Made by a program: the position numbers and the translations under genes
Source: Balanoglossus misakiensis
Lineage: Eukaryota; Animalia; Hemichordata
Reading direction: 5' to 3'
DNA length: 64,000 nt
Assembly (NCBI GenBank): GCA_040954595.2
Contig: CM082576.2
Span: 4,996,760 to 5,060,759, forward strand
The notes under the pieces: generated by a model
What the model was told of the DNA's origin: nothing
The model's database searches: none
Seen by the model: the letters and a program-made list of their open reading frames with translations, nothing else
In this document: piece by piece, positions 14,301 to 28,097 of the stretch
Numbering within the stretch: the first letter of the stretch is position 1
Layout: the number at the start of each line of letters is the position of its first letter

Positions 14301-15689
14301 TATCACGATTATTGAAAAACTAAATTTTTTATGCTGGTCGTCGAGTGACGATGGGATGTTATTAGTACTGTAGGGCGCCGCCGCTCGGTGGGCGAAGGTC
14401 TTGCCTGTGGGTTCCTCCCCATACACGTACGACGGAACTGGGGTGGTTTTTTATTTCGATGAAAGATACTGCACATTTCCCAAGCCAACTACACCAACGT
14501 TGCATCGTCTAGAAAGTCCAGGGAAGCAAGAAATTCTGTGTAGTGCAAGTCAGAGTCGCTGGGCTTCAGTGGAGGAAAAGCCTACCGCCATAAGTGGAAG
14601 AAAGGCAGCGTGAAGTGGAGGTCTTCACAGCATGCTCATGGGCACGCACCAGCTGCGGCTCTCCGCCACTCTGTATGGAAAGATATTATGGAAATTTAGA
14701 CATCAAACATCTAATTGAAAAGAAATGATGTATTGATACTGTGCACGTCCCCTGGGACTAATACGTGATGGTTTAGAAACAACAATCTGGTCATATATCA
14801 CGCCAAAAAACCACTATCGGGACTTGCCCCATGCGACATCGCATGCAAGTCGCGGTAGTTTTGGGGCGTTTCACGTCGAAATTATAACCGGTCATCATTC
14901 GCCCGGACAAAATGGTGATGTGGTGGCAAGCATGTTTAGACAACAAGCACTCTCTCCTTAGTGTTTGTTGTGAGAGTTCAACAACAAACTATACTTTTAT
15001 TTTTTAACAAACGACACCTTGTCTTGTCGCTCTTGATACATTTCACGAATCGTCTTCGTATTTATTTTTACCTCGAATAAGCCTGAACTAGTGTGATGAT
15101 TTGAGAATCGACTGGTATCTATAGTTTCAATGTTAATATATTATGCTGAATTGTACATCACACATTTTATCAACAGGATTTGCTTATCTGTTTGGTCATT
15201 GAGGGGAGTAAAACAACACGGCGGGGTGCTGGTAAGGTGATAGGACTGGTCGCATTGCACGGATGCATGTGGCGGGGCTAAGGACACTTCTAGTGTTGCT
15301 ATCATCCGTTCTACCATTCGGTAGCCGTCCAACACAAAGAATTCCGACCCGACGATAAGAAAGATCACTTCGCATTCTAGAAATTGTTAGCGCACAAAAA
15401 AAGAGAAGTGTCTTTATCCTAATAGGACAGCAACTCCATAAAAACCTATAGATTGGCAAATAACCATGACAGATATGCCCGGAGAAAATTGGGAGAGAAA
15501 AACAGCGGCACATTTTACCGAGAGGTCGAACCTGAGCTGAATTATTCCGACTTGCACCTGTTCCAGCGATCTCGGGTCCCATTCCATCTTAATTACAGCT
15601 AGGCCTACTCCAGCGTCCAAATGGCATTCGGTGGGGTCTCCCAAGAAATAAATTAAATTTCCTCAAAATGTTGAGTTAAAGCGTATAAA

Positions 15690-16447
15690 GTTGCGATTTT
15701 GATTGGCGTGAGTTAAGCCCGCCCGTTCGCGTCCCCTCGCCGCTGGTGAGATATTTCGCCTGGTACATCATCATACGACCGGTGTATAACACACCCTGCT
15801 TATTCCCAGTAACAAGGACGCTTTTCAACTACCGAATCAATTGCGTACGCGTGTCCCGGCGGCGTCTGTCCCGTTTACTGTGTGCTCGCCAATTATGAGG
15901 AAGTGATAGCTTAGCACGTGTACAGAGGGTGAACGTTTGCCTAACTCGCGACACCATTCAGCGTTTCCGTGTTAATATTATATTTACAGAATTGAGGGGA
16001 AAATGCAAAAAAGTCACCAGAGCGCCCGAGAAGGCATCTGTGGTTTAACTTGTGAAGAGGCCGCTAAACCAGGCTCCATACACTGCTTATAAACCCACCG
16101 ATACATTCCAGAGAATTTTTTAGCTCAACGCTATATATGTTTGGCGAGCTATCAACTTGCAAGTTGTTTACTTAACGTCATTAAGTTTTGCCGTAGTCCG
16201 ATAGACATTGGCTGCTGGCACAGCACATAATATATTGAACAGAGTCTGCGCACTTCGAACACCTTCCAAAAAGCCGCTTCCAAATACAGTACAGTGCAGC
16301 ATCAGCGTTCAGGTTCTCACACTGACTGAACTGGATATCAATGCGTGTATTGCATGCCTTACATCAACGACTTTTTGTGCCGTTCGGCGGCTTTTTCTTC
16401 CATTTTTACGACAGCAGAGGCGTTGTGCCGAGTAGCAGTGTGTAGGC
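15690..16447 (+). promoter_or_regulatory. Probable Jagged promoter / 5' UTR region
   Basis: CpG-rich relative to the introns. Has an inverted CCAAT box (ATTGG, 15702-15706), a GC box CCCGCCC (15718-15724), TATAAA (16088-16093) and a CSL site TTCTCACA (16314-16321). The TSS cannot be fixed from sequence. Confidence 0.55.
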
Positions 16448-16498
16448 ATGAGTCGTAGGATTGTTTTCGCTGCCCTGATTCTGCTAACTTTTACCAAG
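16448..16498 (+). CDS. JAG: Jagged exon 1 (coding part): signal peptide MSRRIVFAALILLTFTK
   Basis: GGCATGA start with an in-frame TAG 15 nt upstream (16433-16435). Basic N-terminus plus hydrophobic core. Donor AAG|GTTCGT, phase 0, followed by a 116-bp intron. Confidence 0.9.
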
Positions 16499-16614
16499 GT
16501 TCGTATGTGACGTTTCACATCACTTCGTTACCCTTCTTTCATCGTTTCTCAGTCCCTATGATATTTCTCCCCTGTTTGGGATACTGGATAATATTTTCTG
16601 TATTTTTCTACTAG

Positions 16615-16911
16615 GCCTCTGTTGCTTCTGGATATTTTGAACTGCAAATTTTGTCCGTTCGGAATGTTGCCGGAGAACTTTACAATGGAGACTGTTGTGA
16701 CGGAGTTCGAACATCGGATGGGTCGTGCAGTCAGGACTCGTGTGATACGCAGGTTTCTGTATGCTTGAAGGAATACCAGGCAAGAGTTACAACTGACGGC
16801 CCCTGTACTTTCGGGAAAGCGCGAACCGAAATTTTAGGTGGAAATGAATTCTTTCTTTCGCCAGAGGACGAAGCCGCTCGCCTGAAACTGCCATTTGAGT
16901 TTGGTTGGTTG
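16615..16911 (+). CDS. JAG: Jagged exon 2: C2/MNNL domain (ASVASGYFELQILSVRNVAGELYNGDCCDG...VCLKEYQARV...GPCTFG...LPFEFGWL)
   Basis: Acceptor ttttctactag|GCC and donor TTG|GTAAGT, 297 nt, phase 0-0. Contains the hallmark DSL-ligand motifs SGxFEL, GxCC, VCLKEYQ and GPCTFG. Confidence 0.96.
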
Positions 16912-19900
16912 GTAAGTGTGACTTATTTCAACTTGTATGGTTTCATGTCGGCGTGTACCTATGCACGACCAGCACGTTTTGAGCATTATCGTCCGGCGGG
17001 ACAAAAAGTCGTCAGTCGTCTGCTTCGGTTCGAAGCGAAGTGACAGGTCGGGTATTGTAAATCAGCGAGTGAATATTTTGGATTTTTTCTCAAAGACGTT
17101 GACTTTGCTCCTTGCTGGTTGTGAGGAAAGCATGTGTCTGGCCCCCCCAAAAAAATCGGAAGTAGTTCCAAATAGCTATAGATACACTGTTGCAAATTCC
17201 TAGACGGCGTGTGACTACCAACGCGTCATTGGCAGTGTGCAGTTACGTGGAACTTATCGGACTGGGGGGAACCTCCACAGCAGACAAATCTCAGGGTCGT
17301 AAACAGAGTGAAGTGGGATTTTTTTTTATAAAAAGAAAACAATAGTTAAATTGTGTGAACGTTTGCTGCGGTCAGAGTTGATAAATCATTTTGAAAATGT
17401 CTGTTTGTTGAATTCTATGGACATTTCCCCCCGACCTTCGGGCAATGATAAGTTGACAGTACCATGCCTGACGTGTGCGCGTGACACACGGGGTGATATT
17501 TATTTGCATAAAGGCATTTCGCGACGATACAGCGCTTTCAAACACCATGCAGTCAGTCATAGGCCTAATTACGTGCGGGCGCGTGCGATTCCGTCCCATT
17601 CCGTGTTTTCTGTAGACCCGCATTTCGCTTTTTTCCGTTTGAAAGCTACATCTCTTTGGCGGGGCTTATGAACGTCCGCCCGTTGACTTTATACCCGTTG
17701 GTGGAGTTTAATCTAGGTGAAATAATTTCAGGCAAACGCAGCCCTATTTTTAGGTTGACACGCACGTGTCGATGACTTTTTTGCAATGTCAAAAGACACA
17801 TTGACCAACGTTTGCATGTTTTGGTTTGGGGATCTTTTAGGCCAGGCGACAATTTGCAACACAATAGCTATTGAAAACAATAGGAGGCTTTCGTGTCGTG
17901 TATTTCCTCTGAAGGATTTACTCAAGTGATGTCATAGTGAATTAATTATATGAATGAATAGATGGATATGTTTCGAAAAGTTGCATTTTTCATGTTTTAA
18001 TTTCATTCTGTCGTTAAGTTTGCAATAATTCGTGTTCAAGGTTTCATTCTATTATGAATAGTGGTTTGCGTATTGCACCAGTAAAGGGAAATCTATTTGC
18101 GGATGTAGTTTTGCTGACAAGTATGTATTTTGTATTGCGGACCACAACCGCGTGAGAAAAGTATTGCCAAGTCAGGTCTTAGCTCAGGGTTATTTCTATC
18201 GGTGATTAATGCAACCATCTGTGGCAAGTCTTCCTATGTAAAGAATGGGGGAGGGGGTCGTGGGAGAGTGTCTCTTCCTTGTCAAAGAGAACGAAAGTCA
18301 GATTCCTGAAGACGTGTTTACACATGTCTCCAAGAACAATAGATTTATTAACTGGGTGTAAACACATGGGGGCAGTCCCCACCGCTGGCGCTCAAGGCCA
18401 TTGCTTGGTATCCAAGTCATGGTCTGCTATACCTTTTGTTTCATAGGCCCCAAAGGGACATAAACTTCTCCTAGTTTGGGGAACAGAAATAAAATTTGTG
18501 TGGTAGGGGACACTACCATTGTGTTGTTTCAGATAAAGAAAAACGGCCAGAGTGTGTCTTGTTCAAGACTTGACCGCATTGTTTAAATTCAATTGTTTGT
18601 ATACAAGAGGGCTTTGTTGACAACAAAAGCAGTGGGCAGATCTTTAACTTTGTAGTTTCGCAATCGTAGGTGGTGCACCGTGAGAAATTTTCTGCTAGAG
18701 GAAATTAATGACTGTGTATCTAGCTATATAAGTACTTAAGGCTTAGGTGATCACCTGCATTCCTGTGGCGTGAAATACTTGAAATCATGCAAGCAACTTG
18801 TCTGTGACTGGCTCAGGGACAAAGTCTGACACTCCTCGAGTGTGGGGATAACTCTGGATTTGCATATTTAACTGCGACATATTTAACTTATTGACAGTCT
18901 GTTTCTTGACGCCCTCTTGAATAGCGCCAGCCCTTTAATACTGTTATGGGGGAGGGGGGGGGGGGCACTGATTCTTAAAAGTTGAAAAGAAAACAAACTA
19001 CCCGATTCACGGCTGTCTTGGTTGTTGTACGAGCCCGAGTGACTTCAGCTTGTCTGGCTTGAGAAATATCAAGTTCGCTGACATGTCATGCCATTGCTCC
19101 TGCTGTGCATTGAGTTTGCGCTGAACTTTGCACTGTGAATCTAAGGAAGCCCAGAGGTGTCTTTTAACCCACACTGGACTGCGGTCGGCAAGCTTTAACG
19201 ATGTGTAGACTGCGAAACCGGATCGTGGATAAGGGCATCTGGTTCCTAAATGAGACTTTAAAAGTGATTTTTAGTTTGTTGCAGAAACACTCAATCACAG
19301 CTGAGGTGATATTTCATGGCTGGGGGATGGGAGACATTTTCCGAAGCCTTTGAACTGGGTGATGTTTTGTTTTTACAAAGTTATTGATTATGTAATTAAA
19401 TGGGGGAAACAAGTTTATCTAACACAAGTGTCTCACGATTGATGAGTAAACAGTATAATTTTGACTGTAAAAAAATATTCCCAAAGGTTATTCTTTATGA
19501 AATGGGTGAAACTCTTCATCTACACCGTCATCAAATAATGGTTTTATTTAATAATTTTTTATGAAATAAAAATGACAACAAAGTGCTGTTCACAGATATT
19601 TCAAACCATTTTGTTATCGTTTCATGAGCTCCAGAATGTCCCCAGAGTATCTTGTCACAATATTTTCTAAAGCTTACTTGATCTTTGGAGTAATGAACAG
19701 CATCATTTGTTGCTATGGAAACATGGCATTTAAATTTTTGACCCTTACACGTACCGACAGATGGTGTCTACTATGCCAAGGTCACTCGTGGTAATATAGA
19801 GAGTTGGACTTAATATTCTTGTTTAAATTTTTCAAGATATATATCCAGAATTGATGATTTTTAGATCAATGACATTAGTATTTCTCAGACTGAAGCAAAT

Positions 19901-22900
19901 CTGCAAGCTTACTGTATTAAACTGAAAGTACTATCTTAAAATATTAAATATCTTATTTTTCTCTTCCTTTGTTGAAAAAAAAAACTGGAAATTATTAATA
20001 TAGTAAATGAAGTTATAATAATCATTTTATAACAGAATAAATATATAGGGGTTTATAAGTTCCCACCGTCAACCAACATGAACATTATCAACTTGGCAAT
20101 TTGCCAGGAAATCAGTTACACCATGGACCGTATCAGAAGATGAGCCCTTCTGCTGCTTGTTAAACACATCTTTCAAAAGAAAAAAATAGCCTATACTTGA
20201 AAATTGTTTTGAAATTAAAATTTGATGCTGTAAGGAGAAAGGGTCAAAACCCTGTTTGATGTTAACTTCATTGGTGTTCCATCATTACTCCTCAAGCCAG
20301 ATATTTTCCATGTTTTAACGAGATGCGATATATAGATGGATTTTGACGATTTCAAAGTGTCTGGCCAGGTCTTAACAAGGAACATCTTTTGCATGGTGAT
20401 TTTTTCATATGTATTATTCTAGTGTAAGTGAAGTATATTTATGGCCAGAAATGAAACCGTCCTGGCTTGGGGATTTTTGGTATCAGATTTTGTGTACAGA
20501 GGTCATTGTGAGAGGCTGCAATTTAACTGTTTTATGAAAAGTTTCACTTTGATAATGTCAGTGATAGCATAAGGAGTTTGACATGAGTGTTCCCATCGGA
20601 TAGATTGAGTGTTTCCAGGCACTGGTCTCACAAAACTGCAGAAGTAATGCAATGGTGCCACGGACATACATGTACTAGAAAAAAAGATTATATAGCTTGC
20701 AGTTAAATTTTGTACCTGAATCAGTGATTTACTGTTGCCTAGGACTTGTAGCATCAATGAAATTCTACTCTGAAATGTAAACAGGCGCTGTATATGTTTG
20801 GTACGGAGTTCGTTCATCCATCCTGGATGTTTACTGGTAGTACCAACCTTCGAGAGTCAACATTTCTAAAAACAGATACACCTATACAAGAAGTGCAGAA
20901 AGTTGAGGGTAATTGATGAAACAGATGAAACAGTTGTAAATTTACTGCGTAAAGATTATGGTTGCTTCTGAATATGTTCATTTGTTTTGTGCATCACGAA
21001 AATAGAGTGAAATGAGGAAAAGAATTGAATTAGTTCAACTTTATGACTGAGAACAATAAAGTTAAATGGGTATTGCTTTGAGTTTGTAAACCCAATCACA
21101 ATTTGCTCAAAACAGAGTCTTTATTTCTGTGCGTTTCATATTTCGATGTGATAAAGTTGAACCTTTCTGTTAAAAAAATTATATTGATAAGGAAAAACGT
21201 TGTATTTTGTTCGTAGGAAGAAAATTTCTTTGTTCAAGGGAAATAAATTCAAAGTGTTTTCTGTATGACCTGCATTTCACATGGTCAGGTTCAATTATGT
21301 GCCACTCAGCTGGTTTGTTTCAAAGACAAAGTATTTTTAGATCATTAAAGGTTTTAAGCAAACACTGATTGAGAGGATCAGAGATCTGGTAGCAACATAA
21401 ATTAAACCTGTCAGGAGGTCCTATATACACCACCATTGCAGTGTCTGGTCATGAATTACTGGAAACAGTGCGAGCTTTAATGGACAGTGGTCATTCAACT
21501 TCTGCATTGATTGGGGGTAATTTTATTTCTGTTCAATTTTTGAGAGAAATGCCATTAAATTCTATGCCGTGGTCCCTGGAGAATTTACCCATATATGAAT
21601 ATTGCTTTGATACTAAGACACTGCTGCTTTAAATATGCACAGCAAATGACTGAGACATTGGCTAATTATTAAGTAGAGGGTGGGAGGTTCAACAGCTGGT
21701 GCCATGCGCTCAGTCCTCAGATAGGTAATATTTATTTAAAATGATGACTTTTCCCCCTCATCAAATAATATATTTTCTTTTAAATTGCCGCACATCTTAT
21801 GCCTGGCAAGAGGACAGTACATTTTGGACAGCTTTTGTATCTGCAGCATATTATTATATATAAAAGAAGGAAAGTTTAAACAAAAAATTGTTTCAATCGA
21901 GTTGTCTGTGAGATTGCTTCGGTGGTGTACACTGGGTATGCCAGGATGATAAGGACGTGGTTCATGTGCGTACTACTGCTGACATACATTACTTTGACAT
22001 AGTTGCAGGTTTGAGTCAAAGCAGCTCTTAAAATGTGACAGTTTTGCCACAGATGCCTGCACGTGATTGGCTGTTGCTATGGATACCATGCAAATAGACA
22101 GTGGAATGTGTGTCTACACAGTTGTATTTGCCAGCGTGTCTCATGAATCAATTTTTTTCCCCAGAAAATTGCAGTAAATATATTAAACTTCATTAAAAAG
22201 TCTCCAGCTTCAGTCAGACCAAAGTCTGAGTACTTAAAGCCTGCGAAGTTGGTTCAGTGCATAACGGATTGATAATTCAAGAATGCTGAAATGTCAGATT
22301 TCTCAGCGTCCCTGAGATGTTTCCATTATCTTTATGTTTGAAGTCTTAATTTAGAGAATGTGTGACCAATCTCAGAGAGAGAGAGAGTGGTGTCTTTTTT
22401 AACCAAATTTCTTCAAGTCATGATATATGGGCAGTGTGTGTTCCTACATGTATGTCTGAAAAGTCTCAGTATAGGGATCTTAATTTCCACACTGCACTAC
22501 TCTATGGAAAAGAAGTTGTTCCACATTTGTCATTCCAATTTCCATCCACTATTTATGCCTGGGAAAATAAAAAAAATATTTGCCTTGGAATACCCTGGGA
22601 TTTTTTTAATAAATTGATAACAGGTATGACAAATTTTACCAGTTTTAAAACTTTATGGTGAATTAGTGTGATTACATGAACAGTCTAACAAGGCAGCAAT
22701 TCTTACACTGCCTAGAATTAGAGGATTTCTGTTTAAATAAAAAACGCCATGTTTACTCATACTCAAGAAATGTCAAGCCAATTTGAGTTTCACTGTCATT
22801 TTAATTTTTCTTCTTCAAAATGGGATCCTTGAGCTGTTAGCAAGCTGCACTCCGTTATGCAAATTGACAGGAAAACGGGGTATCGCTTCATTGTCACTTA

Positions 22901-23300
22901 TTTTAACTCTCATGAAATCAGTGTGGGAAAAATCTCACCAGTGTGTTCCAAAGCCGCTTTTAGTGATAACACCCACCATTAAGCCTACTTTGCACAGGAT
23001 TATACTTTCCCCACACATCACCTCCAACCTTGAGAAGAAAAAAAACAATGCAATGGCCTCCCTTCTCTTGTCTTGTGTGGTAATATCATTAAACCATTGC
23101 CAATTAAAATCAATGTGAAGGGTGCGACTTGAAAAGATCTAACAATTAAGCTGAACCCGGCAATCTCACCCAGGAGTCAATTGTTGTAATGTTGCAAAAT
23201 GTCAGCACTGCGTGCACTCTCAACTTGCAGCAGCACTTTTGACAGTCACGGTTTTCGTTTGTTATATAAATTGGAGACAAGGAACGACAAGCAAGCACAC

Positions 23301-23320
23301 GGGGGGGGGGGGGGGGGGGG
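23301..23320. repeat. G20 homopolymer
   Basis: Directly visible. Confidence 0.92.
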
Positions 23321-24685
23321 AGATTCGGTCAAAGAAGCGCAATGATTGCCGTCTCTGAGCTGGGTCCTCCATCAATGTAACTTAAGTTTGGTTTGTTTGG
23401 CCACGGCACCAGTAAGTTTACGTCCCATTTCAGTGACACACATACGTTTTGGAAACCCCTGTTGATGCAAATTAGAAGTGTTAAGGTATTCATGGCTTTA
23501 ATTTGAGGGTATAAATTCAGGTGGACACGGCCGGGCGCTAATAATCATACAACAGTTGGCCGCAAGCTAGGGCACTGCAGTCACTGCCCTAGACGCAGCA
23601 TCTAAGCAGGGACACTGGATGCAATCACAGCGAATGAGTGAATGCACGGCCGTGTTGTTATTTTGAAAACACCAAAGGTCAAGTTCATTTGATGAAGTGA
23701 CCTCACTCAGCGTCAGTGCTTTTGATATTCTTAGACCAGTGCGTGCAGAAATCAATGATCCTCTTGTTAGGGCACGTACCTGGATCTTAATTGACGAAAC
23801 ACAATTATGCCACGTACGTCGAAGACCACCAGGATACTTATACTACTGCATGCACACTTTCAATATCTCATTTTTTATGAGTGTGCATGCAATTAATATG
23901 GATGTTGATAGCATTTCCATTAAGCAATAATAATGAAAACTTGGATAATTTACTTTCAGATACTTCAGGCATAAAGGCATTATTAAAAAGCACGCTTTTA
24001 CCAAAAAATAGGAAGCTTTCAGTGTTAATTTATTCATAAGTCTGAGTCAACAAGATTACATGATAGTAGTGTTTAAAGTGAAATAAATATGCCAGTATCA
24101 CTTTTTAGAGATTTTTAGGTTGTGTGGCTAGACATGTCCCAATTTGCTGAAGACCCTGAAGATAGTTTTCTCCAGACAAGTAAATCCATTTGCTGCAGGC
24201 TGGCTGGATCGTACTTTTGATATTTTATGATCCTTTCAAATTTAAATTATGAGAATTACGTGTCACACTTAGACAGTTTTTAAAGAATTCTTTATCGTCA
24301 ACATAAAGCATAAAAACATATCTCAGCCGTCTATTTCCCGAAGCTGTAGCCAATTTGTTAAGTAGTTTTAGAGTCTGCATGGTTTGAATCTGAATTGTTG
24401 AGACTATGCATTCATTGAGTTATACTTAGTATTCGTTGATGTACATTGTACCAGCTAGGCAGGTGACATTGGCTGGTCCAATTATCCACTCTCTTGATCT
24501 CTCTTAAGAATTTTTCGTTCATTGTAAATGATACTAAAAACTTGGGCTTGCATCAGTTACCAGGACAACAGTGATGATGTAATGCATGGAAACCACAGCC
24601 AGCCAGAAATCACTGATTCTGAGAAGTTCTTCACTTTGCTGGTTTTAGGTCGTTGTAAGTTGTACTCAGTTGTCTGGATGATGGT

Positions 24686-24743
24686 TAGTCTGGAAACAAG
24701 GCTCACCAGGCTCGAAAAACACGCAAGTCTGGATTCTAGACTA
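24686..24743. mobile_element. 58-bp non-autonomous DNA transposon (MITE) with TAGTC...GACTA termini and a perfect 9-bp TSD
   Basis: Imperfect TIRs TAGTCTGGAAACAAGGCT / AGTCTGGATTCTAGACTA, flanked on both sides by GATGATGGT (24677-24685 and 24744-24752). Confidence 0.75.
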
Positions 24744-27700
24744 GATGATGGTTATCTGAAAGTTGCGCTTGCTCCGATTAATTGTCACATGTTAATTTAA
24801 TACCCTCTTAATTGAACAGAGTTACAACCACATTGCACAAAAAGCCTCTATGCTGTATGTCTTTGAAAGCATATTAAAGTTGTGCCGATCAATACCGAGA
24901 TCATCTGGCTAAAGTGCATTGAGTTAAGGGTATCATGATTAACTGATCAAAGCCGCAGAAAATATGCAAACATTGGTGTAAAACAAGATGAATTCCCTCC
25001 AAAAATGTTACTCTATCAGGAGGATTCAACGCAAGATTTGTTGATCGGAATGTCGCCGTTTCAAGTTGCTGAAGAAGTCATTTGTCAGTAATTGAAATCC
25101 AGTCCTGTCAAAGGGAAAGGGAATTGGTCTTGCCTATATACATACATGTTTGTGCCGTGGTTTGCAACAGTTGGAATGTTTCAAACAGTCATCACTCTAA
25201 ATGCTGGAGAAGTTAAAGGGACAAAGTCGCTAACTTTAATGACATATTTATTTTGATAGATACTTGGGCTATTCTACTCACTGAAACATGTTAAATGACC
25301 AGTTGCTCCACCTGCACCCCTTGCATGGGTTCTTCTATATGAGAATATGTCTGCAATGTAATTTTTGGTACTGACCAAAAATTAAGTGATGGAAGTAATG
25401 TCCATCTATGGGTTATGGGATTGAGTGATGACAATAGGTCACAGGGCATGTTTCAGTCAGTAGAACAATATAAATAGCCTATAAGAACTTGGGTTCTAAG
25501 CAGCAATGTCCAAATGCATGTACAGTGCTGTGACTTTTTACAATAGTGATGTTTAGATTAACTGTGATAGGTATTTGGATAAACAACGTGATGTAGGTGG
25601 ATGTTTTCACTCACTCCTCAGGAGCTAAACATCAAAGCTTTGAAAACAAAAAAAAACTCTAGCCTTTTTACCAAACTGATCTTCCGGTGGTGTCCAAGTC
25701 TCGATGTTATATTTTGGAGGAGACTTTTTAAGTTGTGATGTTATTTGCGGTGGATGTCGCTGTTGTGAAAGTGATGGTGATGAAGTTCTCGTTTGCTGGG
25801 TCTGTAATTGTCCAGCAGCTGTTGGGAGTAATATGGGAAAACTCTTTGGTATTACTCGTTGTGTGTCCGGTGAAACATTAAATGGAAGTAAAGATAGGAG
25901 ATACCAGATCATGCAAGCTTGTGTGAGTGACGCTATAAAAATCTGAAAGAGAACTTTAAAAATAGAAGACAGGAAGTTGTAACTGGAGTAGAAGTACCCA
26001 GCTTTTGACCTCAAGTTTATTGATCTGCCGATACTGGCTTCTGTATTCCAATTTGCCTACGCTTCCAGTCTAATTGAGAAAGCATATGGATCGAGCGTGT
26101 AGAGGCTTGAAAGTGGCTGTCATTTTCCATTATTTGGGTCCTGAGAGAATTTTTTTAGAGATACAATTATTCTTGAGGCTTTTTGAAAAAAAAATGTGAA
26201 ATTAATTCTCAATGTGAAAAAAATGAATTTCACTATAAAATAAAAAGTGTTACACTTGGTACGTCTGATCAACCTTTGTCTGCCTAAGTCTCTTATTAAC
26301 AAATGTGTATAGTGCTTGCTTATTAAGAGTGACGTTTGTCAATGAAACACAGAAATTTAATTTTCGCTTTTGAGTGCAAGTCTTAGTTCATGGGATCATC
26401 CGCATCTATCAAATTACTTCATTTGTGTCTGTTCACTTGGGTATTGTCTTGCAACCAATATATTTGTATGCCAAATTACAATACAAGCACAGGGCGTTAT
26501 TTTATATATTTTGCCAATCAGTGGCAAACATTTTACCTATCAGTGGTCAATGCAATCAAAATAAATATGCGGTATTTCTCACAACAATTTGAAAACAGGG
26601 TGTGAAGAAATAGGCTCATGAAAACATAAAGGATGCAAATAACAATGTGAGATGTGTTTATACAGCCTTATAACAGCCCTGGGAACTTTGGACTTCATGT
26701 CCTGTGTGTCTCGGAATGGGGAATTCTAGGTATTTAGTGTTGGGCATGGATGAGCGCATAGCAAACTGAAATTTTGCTGCTGGGCTGATACGAGAAAAAC
26801 GTCATCAGTCACTGCATGAATTCTTGCCAGCCACAATGTTTGTCTTAAGATTACCGTACCTTTAAGGTTGCTTTTATCAGCAAATAATCAATTTCTGAGA
26901 CGACATGCCTATATATGGGGAATATATCGCTATATTGACAAAATATCGCTTCACCAGTCAAATACAGACTGGTGAAACCATAGGACAAATAAGGTTTGAG
27001 GCAGGTTTGCAGGTCCTGTCTTGCTTACATGTATATGATTCTCTTGCCCTACTGAGAAAGATTTAAATAAAAAGTCTCAATTCATGAAAATTAAATTTCA
27101 AGTGTTCTAGTTTTCTATATTATATTCAGAAAGTAAAAACTACAGTATAAATTATTTTGAAACATATGAATTAACAATGCTTCCTGTTATCCATCTTTTG
27201 GATAGTTTCCAACAGTCAAGAAGTTGCAAATTTCAATGTTGTTCTGAAGTTCAAACTGAACAGGTTTTTAGCTGTTGTAACTGTAGTGTTTAATAGAAAC
27301 AATATTTTGGGGGTATGTGTAGAAGGGAGGGGAGGGGGCAACATATTTTCCCAGTGCAGGATTGCATGCCGCCGTTTACTTAATTCTAACTAGCTTTGTG
27401 TCTTGGCATAGCTGCAGTCTACAGACTAAATAGTTCCAGTCTTTCAAATGCATTTTTTCTCATGATTAGTGGGATATTGATTGGCCTTGCCTCATTTGTT
27501 TTGTGTGTATATCGCATAAAATACACTGTTGACGTCACACCCACGGCCCTCGATCCTTTCATGAATTCTACTGTTCAGACATTTTCCAAATTACTTGGTT
27601 TTTTCCTTGATAGAATTCAGCTGATACGGATGTATTAAAGCTACCACAAGTATTTCACTTATTCCATCGTTATAGAAGAAATAGTAAAATGCAAACAATA

Positions 27701-28097
27701 TCAATGAATGTGATTTTCCCCCTTTCCAATCAAGATCTGACTAATAACTCACTGGTTTGAATGATATATAGACTATGGATGGTTTTTTGTGCCACTGTAC
27801 AGATGGAATGTACGTGTTTCAAGTTTCCAGGAGATTTATTGCCAGACATTTTAAAAATTGAAAACTAAGTGGAGAATTCCAGTTTTCTTGGGAGCTGTAG
27901 TTGTTTAAACGTGGAAATCCATTCTTGACAATCGTTGTATGTTTTCTTTCCTTGTGCTGCAGTTACAACCCTTTTTCACCCAGTGAGGAAAATGCTCTTT
28001 GTGTCGGTTGGAGAGGAGAGAGACAAAGTCATTCAGAGTCCAAACAACACAAAGATGCTGATCGTCCGATCACTGGCAGAGATGTTGAGATAGATTA

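Noticed and set aside
15141-15644. Overlapping minus ORFs (up to 128 aa) upstream of the promoter
   Set aside because: No recognisable domain, and such ORFs are expected in GC-richer promoter DNA.
16912-17043. Track ORF extensions past splice donors (also 48642-48904, 50233-50515 and 63009-63055)
   Set aside because: Intronic read-through after clear GT donors, with no protein similarity beyond the exon ends.
26950-26976. 10-bp perfect stem TTCACCAGTC / GACTGGTGAA
   Set aside because: Too short to distinguish from chance in 64 kb, and intrinsic terminators are not relevant in this eukaryotic context.
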